64,000 nt of DNA, taken from positions 8,800 to 72,799 of the forward strand of contig RHPI01000461.1 in the NCBI GenBank assembly GCA_009103225.1, in the 5' to 3' direction. The notes under the pieces are model-generated. The model did no database searches, was not told the origin of the DNA, and worked only from the letters and a program-made list of their open reading frames with translations. Origin of the DNA: Chlorokybus atmophyticus. Taxonomy: Eukaryota; Plantae; Mesostigma and Chlorokybus algae. Numbering within the stretch: position 1 is the first letter of the stretch; every line of letters begins with the position of its first letter. Positions 51,497 through 64,000 of this stretch are shown one piece after another. Position numbers and translations under genes: made by a program.

Positions 51497-54400
51497 ATGG
51501 CACAGGTAAGCATGCATGAGTGTCCGGTCAAATCTTGAAGTCATATGTCTTGATTTGTCTCACTCTGAGGGAGCAGCCTCCAAGTGTTGGGCTCTAGTTG
51601 CGTGCTCAAAGCAATGCTGAAAAGCGACAGCCCTAATTACGGCATGCAACGAGTGTGTATACCGCTGCACAGCAACATCTCAGATTCTTATGTTGGGATG
51701 GTGTTTTCGCATCAATGCGTAACGAGCATATCTAGACTTAGCAGCTTGCTGCTGGGATCGTTTTGGGACTTACGCAAGTGAAGACACAGCCTGCCTTGCT
51801 GTTGTTGCATTTCTTTTCCGCTCGGTATGCTACATGGTGAATACTGTTTTTGGCCAACAATGTTAATCTGAAGTTGTAACAGATGTACAACTTTTCTAGC
51901 TTGCATGCTTTCGTGCCAGTTGGATTGCAGTGTCTTAATCATGCAAAGATTGGTCAAAGTCGCTATTGCGTCATTTTGCATGCAAGCTTTGCAGATAATT
52001 AGTGTGCTCAATATGGATTGTGTACAGGATGATGATGACGATGTTGTGATCGTCGACCCCGTGTGTGCCGCCGCTGATTGGACAAACGCTCGTGCTCGAA
52101 AGCGCACTTCAAGTTACCAGCAACATGCAAGTACATCAAATGGTGCAGCGCATGTTCACTGCACAGCCAATGGTGTGCATGCGCATGCGAATGGCCACCC
52201 GCATGCTCAGCAGCAAGCACCAGATGCTAACGGTTGGCAGCGGTTCTATCCCATCTTCTCTCAGCAAGCGCGCAACCATACATCGCACTCAGCACACGCA
52301 ATACCGATCACATCAGGTGTGTGTGAGGTTCACTCAGGTTGTGGTTGGTGCGACGAGCAGTGTGTTTGATGGAAAGGTCATCACGTGTGATTGACATGCA
52401 GGTGCTGCCAATGGCAGGCCAACAGGCAGTCAAGCAGCACGCAAAACTCCTCATGCCTCGACACCACAACAGCAAGTACCAACAACTGCCCGCAGACCTT
52501 TTGTAACACCTTTTGCAGCTGGCTTGCATGCGGATGCACAGGTACGCCTGTTACAGGTTGTCCTACACATGACAGTGCTCTGACTTGACATAGCATAGTA
52601 ACATACATGTTACATCTCGTCAGCAGCGTTTGCATGAAAACAATGGAGCCTCGTTGGCGAGCGAGTCTCAAAATAGCACGATGTCACGGAGGCGCAAGAT
52701 GGAGCATGCAGCTGCCGGGCCGACCAGATTGGGCGCCAGGACCGGTGTGCAGGTTGATACAGAAGAGTCTGAATCAGAGGACTCATATGAAACCGCAACC
52801 ATGAACAGTAGCAGCAATGGCGGACGTTCAAATGGTTTTGCGCAGCGGTCTCCTGTCCCTCCTCCGGCTGATGTACAGGTGGTTGAAAATGTTGTATGTT
52901 GCAGGTGGTGTCAAAGTTGCATGTGTATGCGTGCTTATGCTTGCTGATGCAATGTTTTGCGGGCTGCGCAGGACTTGGACAGCGATGATAGTGATTCGGA
53001 CATTGCAGAAGTGAGCTTAGGAGCACAAGCAGAGCTTAAGAAGCAGTGGGAGAAAGCCAGGGAAGCCAAGGAAACCCGTGTACATCAATCACCACCAGCC
53101 CAGCACAGGTAAAGACATGCTCGCTGTTGAAAGGTGTCATGCAGTCACTGTGACATGCTTGGCGTCAAGGGAATTCCAAGACATGCACCTCATACTGTGT
53201 TTGCGCAGGCATATACTGGCATGCACCTGCAATATCACAATGAGTGCTTACACACTGTCAACTTTGCAGGTCTGACCATGATACTCCTATGCCTGCAAGC
53301 CCGTTTATAGTGCCACCACCAGCACCAGCTTATGCACCAGCACCAGCACCAGCAGCACATGTACATGCACAAGCACATGCCCCCGCACACGCTGCTCCTG
53401 CACCCTTCACCACAGCACATGCATTGGACTCCAAAGCCACCCCCGCGCCAGCAGTGGCGTCGACATCAGCGCAGGCGCCGGCAATGGCGGAGGCGGCTTC
53501 TCGCAGCTCCATGCCAGCTAGCATGAGCGGATACACACCGTCCCCGTCCCGCCACGCAGCACCAAGTGGAAGTGCACCTGATGAGATGAACGTGGATGCC
53601 TGGTTGAGACCGGGTGAGCCGGAAGTAATGTTGGATCGAGAGGTGCTGTTAGCGAGTGACGAAAGACGTTTGGCTGATGAAGAGGAGTGGGAAAGGCGCC
53701 GGATAGAAATACAGCGACAGGTGTGTTCATGTGCAGAGTGATACTCTTGCAATTTCAGTGCGTGGTCTGCTCCTCTGCCGTCCGCGATGTTTCACACGTT
53801 GGTTTCTCTTGTAGGCTGAAGAAGTGCAGCAGCTTCGAAAGAGGAAAAAGGCCGAGGCTGAGAGGAATCGACAGATGGCCGAGCGACAGGAGCAAAGGCT
53901 GCTCGAGTATAGACAACAAGTTGCCAAGGTGCAGCATAACAAAAGCTCGTATTAGCTTCTACAAGCTTCTTGCAAACCAAAGCTTATATGCCATGCTGTA
54001 ATCCATACCATACTGTGCTGTACTTCAATGTTGCTACTGTAATTGTTGACTATACTCTGTACTGTAGTATGCTTTCCAACTGTACTAGACTATGCTTTCA
54101 TCACGTTGTTGGCTCATTTTCACCTCTGTTAGGCTGCGAATGAAAATGATACGCGGGAGCGGATACGAAGCAGCGTGCTGGCCGACCTCAAGCGCAGGAC
54201 AGAACGCTGCTACGACCTTGCGGGAGTGCTCCGAGCATTGGGTATCCCTGTCGAGGGCGGTCCACTACCCACCAAACAGCAGGTACCTTGTCACATGCGC
54301 GTACACGTGTTGGTGTTAACTCGCATACAGTGTCACGCATGGTGCTTTTGGGATTGAGTTGGGTTATAGGCTAAGCTGCCCGCAGTCTGACTACTTTTCA

Positions 54401-54543
54401 TTCCATGACAGTTGCAATCTGGGTTCAAGAAGGCTCTGTTGAAATTCCATCCCGATCGTCATAAAGGCGAGTTGCAAGACCAAGTGCGCGCGGAAGAGTG
54501 TTTCAAGCTGATCAAGCGATGGCAACAGAAACAGCCGTTGTAG
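51497..54543 (+). CDS. J-domain protein with long low-complexity N-terminus and C-terminal HPD-containing J-like domain
   Basis: Final exons LAGVLRALGIPVEGG / FKKALLKFHPDRHKGELQDQVRAEECFKLIKRW*. Probable start ATGGCACAG|gtaag splicing to DDDDDVVIVD. Confidence 0.75.
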
Positions 54544-55672
54544 CGCTGAGTGTAGCCTCTATAGCCTACTATAGCCGTATCTCTGTATGTACATATTGTA
54601 TAAGGCCGAGCTGGCTGGTATATTGCTGGTGATTCACATTGAGGGTGATAAGGTCTATGATTGGGCCAGTTGTACCCTTGTTGTGCGCATCAGGCAGTCG
54701 TGCCTTGCACTGCTGCATGCCGGACACGGCTTGGCAATCTCTCTCACTCTATACTATGTCAAACGGTCACAAGGTCCCAGTGTCATAACGCTAACTCAAC
54801 AACAGCTTAGCAATGCCACTTCAAATCTAGGTATAGGTCACTGCAGAAAACAATAAATGGACCGTTGGACATGCACACAGCGTTGGCAATATGATGATGG
54901 GAAGTAGAGGTTAAAGGGTCATGCTGCAGTGTAGAGAAGAGAGTGGTCATGGTACTACCACCGTTTGCCAAGCTAGATGGTTGTTGTTAGTAGGTGTCGC
55001 TTTCAACTAGAATGCACTTTATAGCAGCCTTGCCTGAAGCACCTCAGCAGCAAAGGGTGAGATCTTTGTACCTGGCAACTTCTTGTCATTATGTTGTGCT
55101 ATTGTGTGCTTAAGCAATGGAGCATAGTGTCATTGACGTTGATTGCATTATCCAGTCCAAGCGCCTGCACAGCTATCTGCTCGCATGTCAAGTACAAAGC
55201 AGGTAACCGCACGGCATTCTGCATAGGCACAAGGAGCAAGTCGAATCAGGTTCTCGTGTCTCTGCATATGCTGCATGTCTGTGCAGCAGAAACATGTGTG
55301 CGTCAACAATGCTTGTGCGTACACCCACACACTTGTGCACGCATGCGCATACAAGCGCTTATCAGCACTTTGCAAGCAGCCACAATCAATTTGCTGTTGA
55401 CCCAAACCAACTTGGTATTGGTATTGGGAGCTTCCACAAAACGAGCGCAATCATGCGCGACCACGCTCGCTTATGCACATATATATGATGCCTCGTGTGT
55501 GTGTACCATGCACTGCTCCTGCTGACAAGGCTGACAAGGCTGTCAAAAAGCCCCTAACTATGCACACTCACTGCGTTTTCGTCAAACACACGACGTGCAT
55601 CTCAGTCTCATGGTAGTTGTGTTGGGTCGGTGAATTGATGTGAGGGAGTCATTGGTCATTCACACATCACAG

Positions 55673-56807
55673 TCAACCGGAGATGTTGGTGAATCCCTTC
55701 CACACGCTCTGGTCCATGCGCTTGACCATGGCCTTGATCTGCTGGCCGGGACCCACCTCGAACATGTCCTTCTTGCCGGCCTGGATGAGGGACTTGAGGG
55801 TGGACTCCCACTGGACGGGCTCGACCAACTGCACAAGACAGACTAGTCAAGACATTCACAGGCAACGCAGGGAGACTGACACGCATGCATCGCGGTGCGT
55901 GCACACTGCGATGCATCTGTGTCACTCTCTTGTCTGCGTGCGCGCACATGTTTGCGTGTGTTGCGCATGCATGTGCCTTCCAAAAAGTCTGCTCCACCAG
56001 CACATATAGGCCATTGGCAACTACCGATGTGTGGCATGCACAAGACACACACACACACATACCATACCTGTCTGGCCAGCAATTCGGGTATGCTCTTCCC
56101 GTCCGGGAACGGTTTCCCCGTCACGTTGCTGTAGACGGGGATCGCGGGATCGTGCCACGTAACCGCTGACAGCGCCTTGGACAACGCCTCACTCGCGGGA
56201 CGCATCAGGGAAGTGTGGAAACCGCCACTGACCTGGTGTGTGTGGGGGGGGGGGGACACAGAGACACATATAAGCACATGTCCACATGGGAACAATGTTC
56301 GTGGGAAGGTGGTGTGGTGGAGTTGATGTGCAGTGTGGCTTCGCACACACCTCTAGGAGAGTTGCGCGAATGGCGCCCTTCTGTATCGCCAGCTTGCCAA
56401 AGGCATCCAGCGCAGCCTGCGCAGGTGGTTGCAAGTGTCAACACATTAATTGTCGTTGCTGTTGTTGTAGTTGCTACTGTTTTTGTGTCAACGAGACGCA
56501 CACCTTGTGTCCTGAGACGACTCTGCCTTGCGGGAAGAGGTAGTTGGCGACCTCGAGCACGGTGTCCGCGGGGAGGCTCTTCTTCGCCTGTGTGTGTAGA
56601 CATTGCATGTTGGGTGTACCACCACCAACCACAGCAACAACAACAACAACAACAACATCACACACCTGGTCAATGAGTGGGCGTATGTCGGCGTCATCGA
56701 GGCCGATGACCGAGAGCATCTTGTGCGGGCGGCCGAGCTGCGCCGCCGCCGCCATGCTCTCAGCACGCACCTTGACAAGCTGCAACAGCAACAAAAATGG
56801 TAAGGAC

Positions 56808-56843
<36 letters not shown>

Positions 56844-57344
56844 GTACACATACCTTGAGGGCGTCCTCGAAGGAAAGAGCGCCCGCGAACACGAGCGCCG
56901 GGTACTCGCCCAACGACAGACCCGCCGCGGCGCTGCATCGCTCGATCTCCACGGGCCTGTCGGCCTGTGCCAACGCCACACAAGTCAACATGTGTGCGTG
57001 TGTCTGTGACAAGTGCTTGCAACACCTTTTACTCATGCACACACACTCCCTCACCTTGATCAGTTCGACGGCTGCGAGTGCGGCGATGAGCAGCGCGGGC
57101 TGCGCGTACTTGGTGTCGTTGAGCTGGTCAAGGGGACCCTTCGCGATCAGCTTCTCGATGTCGTAGCCCAGAACCTCCTTGGCTCTGGACAGCATGGACT
57201 TCACCGCGGGGAGACGCAAACTCTCCTGAGACATCATGCAACAAAGAACACATGATGTGAGATAGTCACTCGTTTGTCAGAGGAACAGGTTTTGTCTTCC
57301 TGCTCTCTGGGAGAACCCAACAACACATGCTCAGATGCACGCGT

Positions 57345-57391
<47 letters not shown>

Positions 57392-58537
57392 AAAAATCTT
57401 CACCACCTTCAGCATGCCGATCGCTTGTGACCCCTGCCCCGGAAACAGAAACGCCACCGGACTGGCCATATCCTTCGGCCCAACCTTCACACTATCCCCA
57501 CCACTGTTGCCAACACCATTGTCGTTCTCCCCCTTCTTCCCTTCCATCTGTTCCCTCCACGCCTTGACCTCCTCCTCCTCCTTCCTCCTCAGCTCAATCT
57601 CCGGATACGGGTGCTTATACTCCTTGTCCCACTTCTTGATGGTATCCAGCCCATAGTCATGGAGTGCCCACCAGTCGCCGATGTCTTCATGGGGGTCCCT
57701 CACCTTGGGTGTGGAGGAGTGCTTGGCGTCGAGGGACTTGAGAGAGGATTGGATGGAAGGGTTCCATTGGAGCTGAAAGGGGAGGTTCTCCCCAGGGTGG
57801 ATGTAAGGGTCGTAGTCTTTGGTCTTGAGGGTGGGGTCGGCGCCTTGGGACTGAGGGGGTGGGTGGGTGGGTGGGTGGTGGATGAGAATATTTAGCAAGG
57901 AAAGATATGTGTGTCACTGACTCTTACCAGGAGGTACTCGTAGCATTCGATGTAGCCATCGATGTGAGCCAAGTAGGCGCAACGGTGGAGAGCGGTCAGG
58001 CCGTTGGGATCCCTCTGCACACACAATGCCTCCCATCAACATCATTAACACACAACGACGATAGCTACAATGGCCACCACCACCACCACAACAACGAGTA
58101 TGGTTTTGTTGTGAAGGGGCCAGGGGGAGGAGACAGTGCTGATGTTACAACAAGATCAATCGCAGCACAGCCGTGTTGTTGCAACAGCAACAACAATGCA
58201 CTGCAACTGATGACGGTTGGGTTTGAGTTGGGAAGGGGGAGAGGCGAGGCGGGGGAAGGGGGGGAGTGTCACAATGCTGCTGTTGTAGGGGAGAACGAAC
58301 CTGGTTGACATCGGCGCCTAGGGCGAGTAGGTGCACGATCATGTCAATCTGCTTGGACGTGGCAGCAAAGTGTATGGGCCCCCCCGCTCCGCAATCCTGC
58401 GTGACATAGTACTCGTCGTCCTTCATGATCTTCGCCAGGCCCTCCGGGTCCGCCTTCCTCACCACGCTGAAGAACTCGAACGGAGTGTGCTGGAGTTTGG
58501 GAGGGAACCGACCCGTGTAACGCATGTCCCTCGGCAT
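55673..58537 (-). CDS. Ankyrin-repeat / malonyl-CoA:ACP transacylase (FabD/MCAT) fusion protein
   Basis: N-terminal GGPIHFAA...HLLALGADVNQ/RDPNGLTALHRCAY...LLSQGADPTLK (ankyrin). Then AFLFPGQGSQAIGM, TKYAQPAL, AGLSLGEY (catalytic Ser), VANYLFP, VSGGFHT, VYSNVTG, LVEPVQWE, EVGPGQQI. Confidence 0.92.
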
Positions 58538-61344
58538 GGCTGCTGACCGACTTGTCCTACGGCACCGCCGCCGCCGCCGCCGCCGTGTGGTTGTTGCATG
58601 CGGCCAAGTGCCTGGCCGCAGTGTGTCACATGCACAGGGCGAGAAAGGCTCGATATCGGATCCTGGTAGGGGGTTAGGAAGTTTGTCCGGAGTGCTGGTG
58701 CGATATCGGGCTCCGCAACTAGCACCCGTTACGTAGCAAAGGGCGCGAGAGGAGAGGTCGCCGATCGACTTCCCTTTCCCCCTCATCATGATGTCATTTA
58801 AAGTCGACACTGGTGTACCACGCTATATGTCATGTGAATGGTGACTGACCATTGCTGAGGTTTTACTTGCGATTTATACTTCTATTCGTTTTAGGAGCTT
58901 AGAATATTCTGCTAATTGTACGAAGCACTGGTTGCATGCCAATAACATGTCATTTAACGCTTATACTATGAGAAAGTTTTTTAACTCGTTACAAGTGACT
59001 CAACCATTGTGAGGACATTATGGCTGCTAGATTATGTGACTCACATAAGTTGTGTAATATATTTCTTGCGTTGACATGATATATATACATATATGGAAGA
59101 ACATGACAATACAATATATATTCTGATAACGCTAAAAGCGCCACGTAATGTAGTTGGAGTCATTGTGCAATGTTCGTATATAGTTATATTATACATATGC
59201 TATGGTATCGCGCGTACCCATTTTCAAGACAATTTACGTTATTCCAAAATAACCAAATACAATGAGGTAAATTGCTGACTTGCTCACACAGCACATTGCG
59301 AAGTGAGTGTGATCAACATAAGCATGGCACTATAACTACTACTATGACAATTAAAATACTCAACGTTTGCATTATATAGCAAAGCAATGTTATAAGTACA
59401 TTCACATTGCAATGTAATGTATATTAAGATTACTTTACATAAAGTACACAATATGACATTGACTGATTTGCTTTCACCATATTAAAAGCTGACGGTAATG
59501 TACCGCCACAGCTGTAGCATGGTGCAATACCTCAATGTGATGAGCGTCATTATACTCATGTTGCAATTGATTTTTGCAATTCACAAACAAACGGTGGTGT
59601 AATACATGCGTGAGTTAAATATTATCAAAAGACAACATGCAGCAGTGCCACATGTAACATGCGTATTACGTTGCCGGCATGATGTGAGTACTACTCTATT
59701 GCGATGGACGTGATGGAAATAATGCACGGGCCGCAACATCTTGCCATATGAGTAGCGCAATACAAGTCAACTTTTACAGCTTGTCAACACTTGTTATGGA
59801 AAGTTGTTGGTGGATTTATTGATGAAACTCGTACAGTCATACGAGCATGGTTTTCGCATGTGCAATGCTGTCAAACGCAAACATGTGATGAGTATGCTCG
59901 TGGGTTAAGATAAACTAATATAACACACGTATAATTACGTTATCAACTTGTCCCTTACATACATCATAATGATTCATTTTACAAAACGTACCAAGCTGCT
60001 CTTATAATAATATCACTTATTTATGATTTGGTCGGCTTTGCAAACTTATGCACAAGCAGGGATTTGTAGGATGTCCTGCCAGTACCACCCGTAAATCACG
60101 CATTTGATGTTGCCGCTCAATGCTAAGGGAGGAGAGGATGGCCATTAGCCTCACCACGCAGCGCAAGCCCCAAGGACAAATGCCGAGCACACCCACAACA
60201 CCATAGTACCACACCCCATTGTGCGTGGTATTGTGACGACCTGAAGGGATGAGGTGGAGAGCCTCGGCAGCATTTAACCGTTAGCTGCTAAACCAAGCAC
60301 CCCACGCATGATTGGCCCTCTTGCAAGGCGAACACACACTGATTAATGTACTCCTCTCCACTTAAGGATGCAACTTAGCATTTATACCACTGCTCTCCCA
60401 TCCTGACACACAGGATATCCACCTAGGCCTTTGTCACTATGCGCTGACCTTGCTCCTCATTGAAACCGTTGGCAACAACTTTACCTCGGTAGCATTAACC
60501 CCCTTGATCTGTAGCAGTTATAATTCCACCTCGGAACTAAGGAAGTAGGCTGTCCGATAGCCCATATTGTAACTTAGGGCCCTATACACTTGCATGCGGA
60601 TTGCCCATAGGCATCATTTGCGGGTGTCACATCAATAGCAAACTGCACTACCACAATTTGAATGCAAATCATATGGTTTGCCAACGTGGCTTACTGTCTT
60701 GCTACTGCCGATCTTATAGCTACTCACCATGCGACACTCATGGCTCTCATGCCATGAGCATCGATGCACTTCGTGCTATAGCCCTCATCATTGCCTTGCG
60801 GTTTCTATACCCAAGGCTCATAGGCTCAAGAACGGACCGCATGAGAGTACACCATAAGCACTACACACGCTTATAACATTGAACATCCCACTTGATCTCT
60901 ATTCAATGTCAATATCAGGAACAAGTACTAACTTTCGCCAGCCCCGTAGGCGTGACAGCAACCTCATTATGACAAGCCATGAGACACTATCCTATTGTTT
61001 ATACGTTACGCGTGCCTTGGGTTGATAAGCTTGTTGCCGCAGGTGATACATGTCATGGCAATACTGTCACGACAATGGTAGTAACCATCTTGTTGGGGCT
61101 ACTATCTCTTGTTCACCGCTTGATCTAACATGCCCTACCTTTACAGTCATTCATACCCTGATCAGATCGCTCTTGAAGTACGCAGCTCACTTGGGCTGTA
61201 CGATCAGCACTTAAGTCAGGCGCAAACCAAGCACGCGCATGCGTTCGCGCGAGCGTGCGTGCGTTGTACAATGCCCCTAATGACAGGATTGTCCAAAAGC
61301 CCACAACTATGCACACTCAGATTGCAATCTTGCGTTGGTAACTT

Positions 61345-63800
61345 GATGTGAGCAAGTCGTTGGTGAGGTTCTTCCACACGGTCTGATCCACGTGCTTGAC
61401 CATGGCCTTGATCTGCTGGCGACCACCTTGAACATCTCCTTCTTGCCGGCCTGATGAGCGCCTTGAGAGTGGACTCCCACTAGACGGGCTTAATCAACCG
61501 CGCATGACACAGTCAGAGTGGTAGATACTGTCACACGATGCATGCGGGGAGGAGAGTACAGGCATTGCACGCAGTTGTGCACACTGACATGCATGTGTGT
61601 CACATTCGTGCGTGTGCATGTGCGCACGTGCGTATGCATGGCAAGCATACATGCACGGGTGCGCGCGCAAGCTTTGCCCACTGAGTCGCTCAGTGCATTA
61701 GTGCGTGTGCACTGTGCACACGCACGCACGCATAGGCGTGACTGCAAGGGCGCGTATCCTTGGTACGCTTAACGCACCTGTTTCATACGCGCTTGCAGTC
61801 ACTGTTGTACGGTGCATGCGACACCGCAATGACAACAGCAGCCCACACAAGTCCATAATTCTGTCCATCCCGCACCTGCCTCAACAGCAGTTCCGGAATG
61901 CATATGCTCTTCATGTCGGAAACGCTTTTCCGTGACGTTGCTGTAGATGGGGACGACAGGATCTTTCCGCCACAATCAATCACAGCGCGACAAGAGACTT
62001 GTTCGCGGGATGCATCAGAGACGTGTGGAAACTGTCGCTCACCTGCGGGTATGGTTACATGTGTGCGTGAGCGCGTGGATACATACGAATACACACGCTC
62101 CACATGCACGTGCACATGCCCACAGGCGTATATGTGTGTGTTGGTATGAGTTTGTGTATGTGTACCCACGTACAAGTGTTGGCATGTATGTGTGTGTGCT
62201 CGTATGTGGTTGAGAGCATGTCAACTCCGCATTGCACACCGCCAGATCAGTAGCACACATGGCGCCTTTCTGCGTGCTACTCTTCTGGCCAACTTGCCAA
62301 GGCATCCATAGCGGCCTACGCATAGTTAAGAGATTGTACACATTACTTAATGCCATCGTTATGGCAGTGGTAGTGGTGGAAGAGAGGTGGTTGGCGACCG
62401 CAAGGATGGTGTCCGCGGGGAGACTCTTCTCTGCCTGTGGATGACGTTTGCCTGTGAGGTGTAGCAACAACAACAACAGCAACGACAATAACCACAACAA
62501 CTACCTTGCACACACCTGGTCAGTGAGAGGGCGTACGTCGGCATCGTCCAGGCCAAAAGCCTCTCGCGCTGCCGCCACTTGCTTTCCACACGCGCCTTCA
62601 CCAGCTGCAAGAGCAACAAGGAATGGTTGGAACACACACACAAATACACACACCCGCGCACACGCATGCGCAGACGCATGCACACACGTGTGTACTCATA
62701 ACCGAACATGCACACGCATACGTACACATGTGCGTATGCCTGCATGCAGCCACATACGCCCACAACAGCGCATACACGCACGTGTACCTAGAAGGCCACA
62801 AGTACACAAGTACACCCACCCTGAGGGCACCCTTGAATGACAGCGCGCCCGCGAACACGAGCGCCAGGTACTCGCCCAGCGACAGACCCGCCGCGGCACT
62901 GCACCTTGGTCTCCACCAGCTTTCGGCCTGCAACACACACAAGTCAACATGCAAGTGTGAGAGAGGCGTAGGATGCGCGCGTGATTGTGTCCGCGTGCAT
63001 GTATCTGTGTGTTGGTGCATGTGTCTGGGTGCGTGCTTGCTCCGATGTGTATATGTGTTCTTGTGTGTGTCAACCAGTGGTCCATCGCATCAACCGATGC
63101 ACACAACCCCTTGCCTTGATCTGCTCAAAGGGGGTGAGGGCGGCGAGCTGCGCGTACTTGGTGTCGTTGAGCTGGTCGTCCGCAATCAGCTTTGTTTTTG
63201 TCATAGCCAACAACCTCCTTGGCCTCGGCAAGCATGGCCTTCACCGCAGGGAGCCTCAACTCTCTTGAAGGCACACAAGCACCAACGTGCACGCACACAG
63301 TGTGAGCGAACCACCAACACCCTCCAAAGAGCTCCTAATCTCCCTCACAACACCATCTCCCATGCACGCACAATGAGCATACCGATTGCTTGGGACCTCC
63401 GCCCTGAACACAGGAATGCGAGTGGGCTGGAGAGGTCTTTGGGTAGTGCCGCAGTATTGTTGCCATTGCTGTTGCCAAAATTGTCATCCACCTTCTTCCC
63501 CTCCATCTGCGCCCTCCAGGCTGGGAGCTCCTCCTTCTCAGCTCCAGGTAGGGATGCTTATAGTCCTTGTTCCATGCCTTAAGGATGTGCCAGCCCATAG
63601 TCGTGGAGTGCACAGCAGTCGCCCAATGTCCTCGTGGGGATCCCTCACCTTGTCCGCAACGGCATACTTGGTGTCAAGAGACTTGAGCTTGGCCTAGACT
63701 TGAGCTAGGCCTGGACGACTCCACTGAAGATGCCAGAGGAGGTTCTCAACAGGGTAGATGTAAGGGTCATAGAGTTCGTCTTGGTGGGGTCAGCGCCTTC
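61345..63800 (-). pseudogene. Decayed tandem duplicate of the ankyrin-MCAT gene (introns retained; 5' exons probably beyond the window)
   Basis: Exon-by-exon similarity to 55673-57850. CAG to TAG at 61480-61482 in the EPVQWE exon, small deletions near 61425-61455, and further indels; GLSLGEY retained. Confidence 0.88.
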
Positions 63801-64000
63801 TCTAGCAACAACAACAACAGCAACAACAACAACAAAAACCGATGGTTTTGTTGCAACAGTTACCGGGTACTTATTGCAAAGGGGTAGGAGAAAGGGGCTA
63901 GGGGGGCAGTGCTTTGACTGTTATTGTCACTGTTGCAGCACTAACATCAATCACTCTTGTTATTGTCGCTGCAACTCCAGCATATTGACACAACAACAAC

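Noticed and set aside
58538-58810. In-frame N-terminal extension of the ankyrin-MCAT ORF
   Set aside because: Looks like a GC-rich 5' UTR or promoter ((GCG)n run) rather than coding sequence; not excluded.

Overview
Intron-rich, gene-dense eukaryotic genomic DNA, most consistent with a green alga (RbcX, plant-type TOM5 and ATXR4, short CA/TG-rich spliceosomal introns, standard genetic code). It is a draft assembly with one N-gap and isolated Ns. The first ~3 kb is the 5' part of a Helitron2/Helentron-type RepHel gene on the minus strand. It is missing from the ORF track because it runs off the window edge, and it is open apart from one in-frame TGA. Upstream of it lie a duplicated ~0.5 kb leader and a dense cluster of long hairpins. 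The rest holds about 15 host genes, including MAD1, RbcX, ATXR4, probable clathrin light chain, TOM5, an EB1-C-like protein, a renalase-like oxidoreductase, QCR7, ARP6, a GYF_2 coiled-coil protein, a J-domain protein and an ankyrin-malonyl-CoA:ACP transacylase fusion with a decayed tandem duplicate. There is also a TA-flanked MITE and two long GA/CT microsatellites. The best leads are the Helitron leader and hairpin architecture, a probable TOM5/EB1-like bicistron and the ankyrin-MCAT fusion. All calls come from manual translation and motif recognition; exon boundaries are approximate unless stated.
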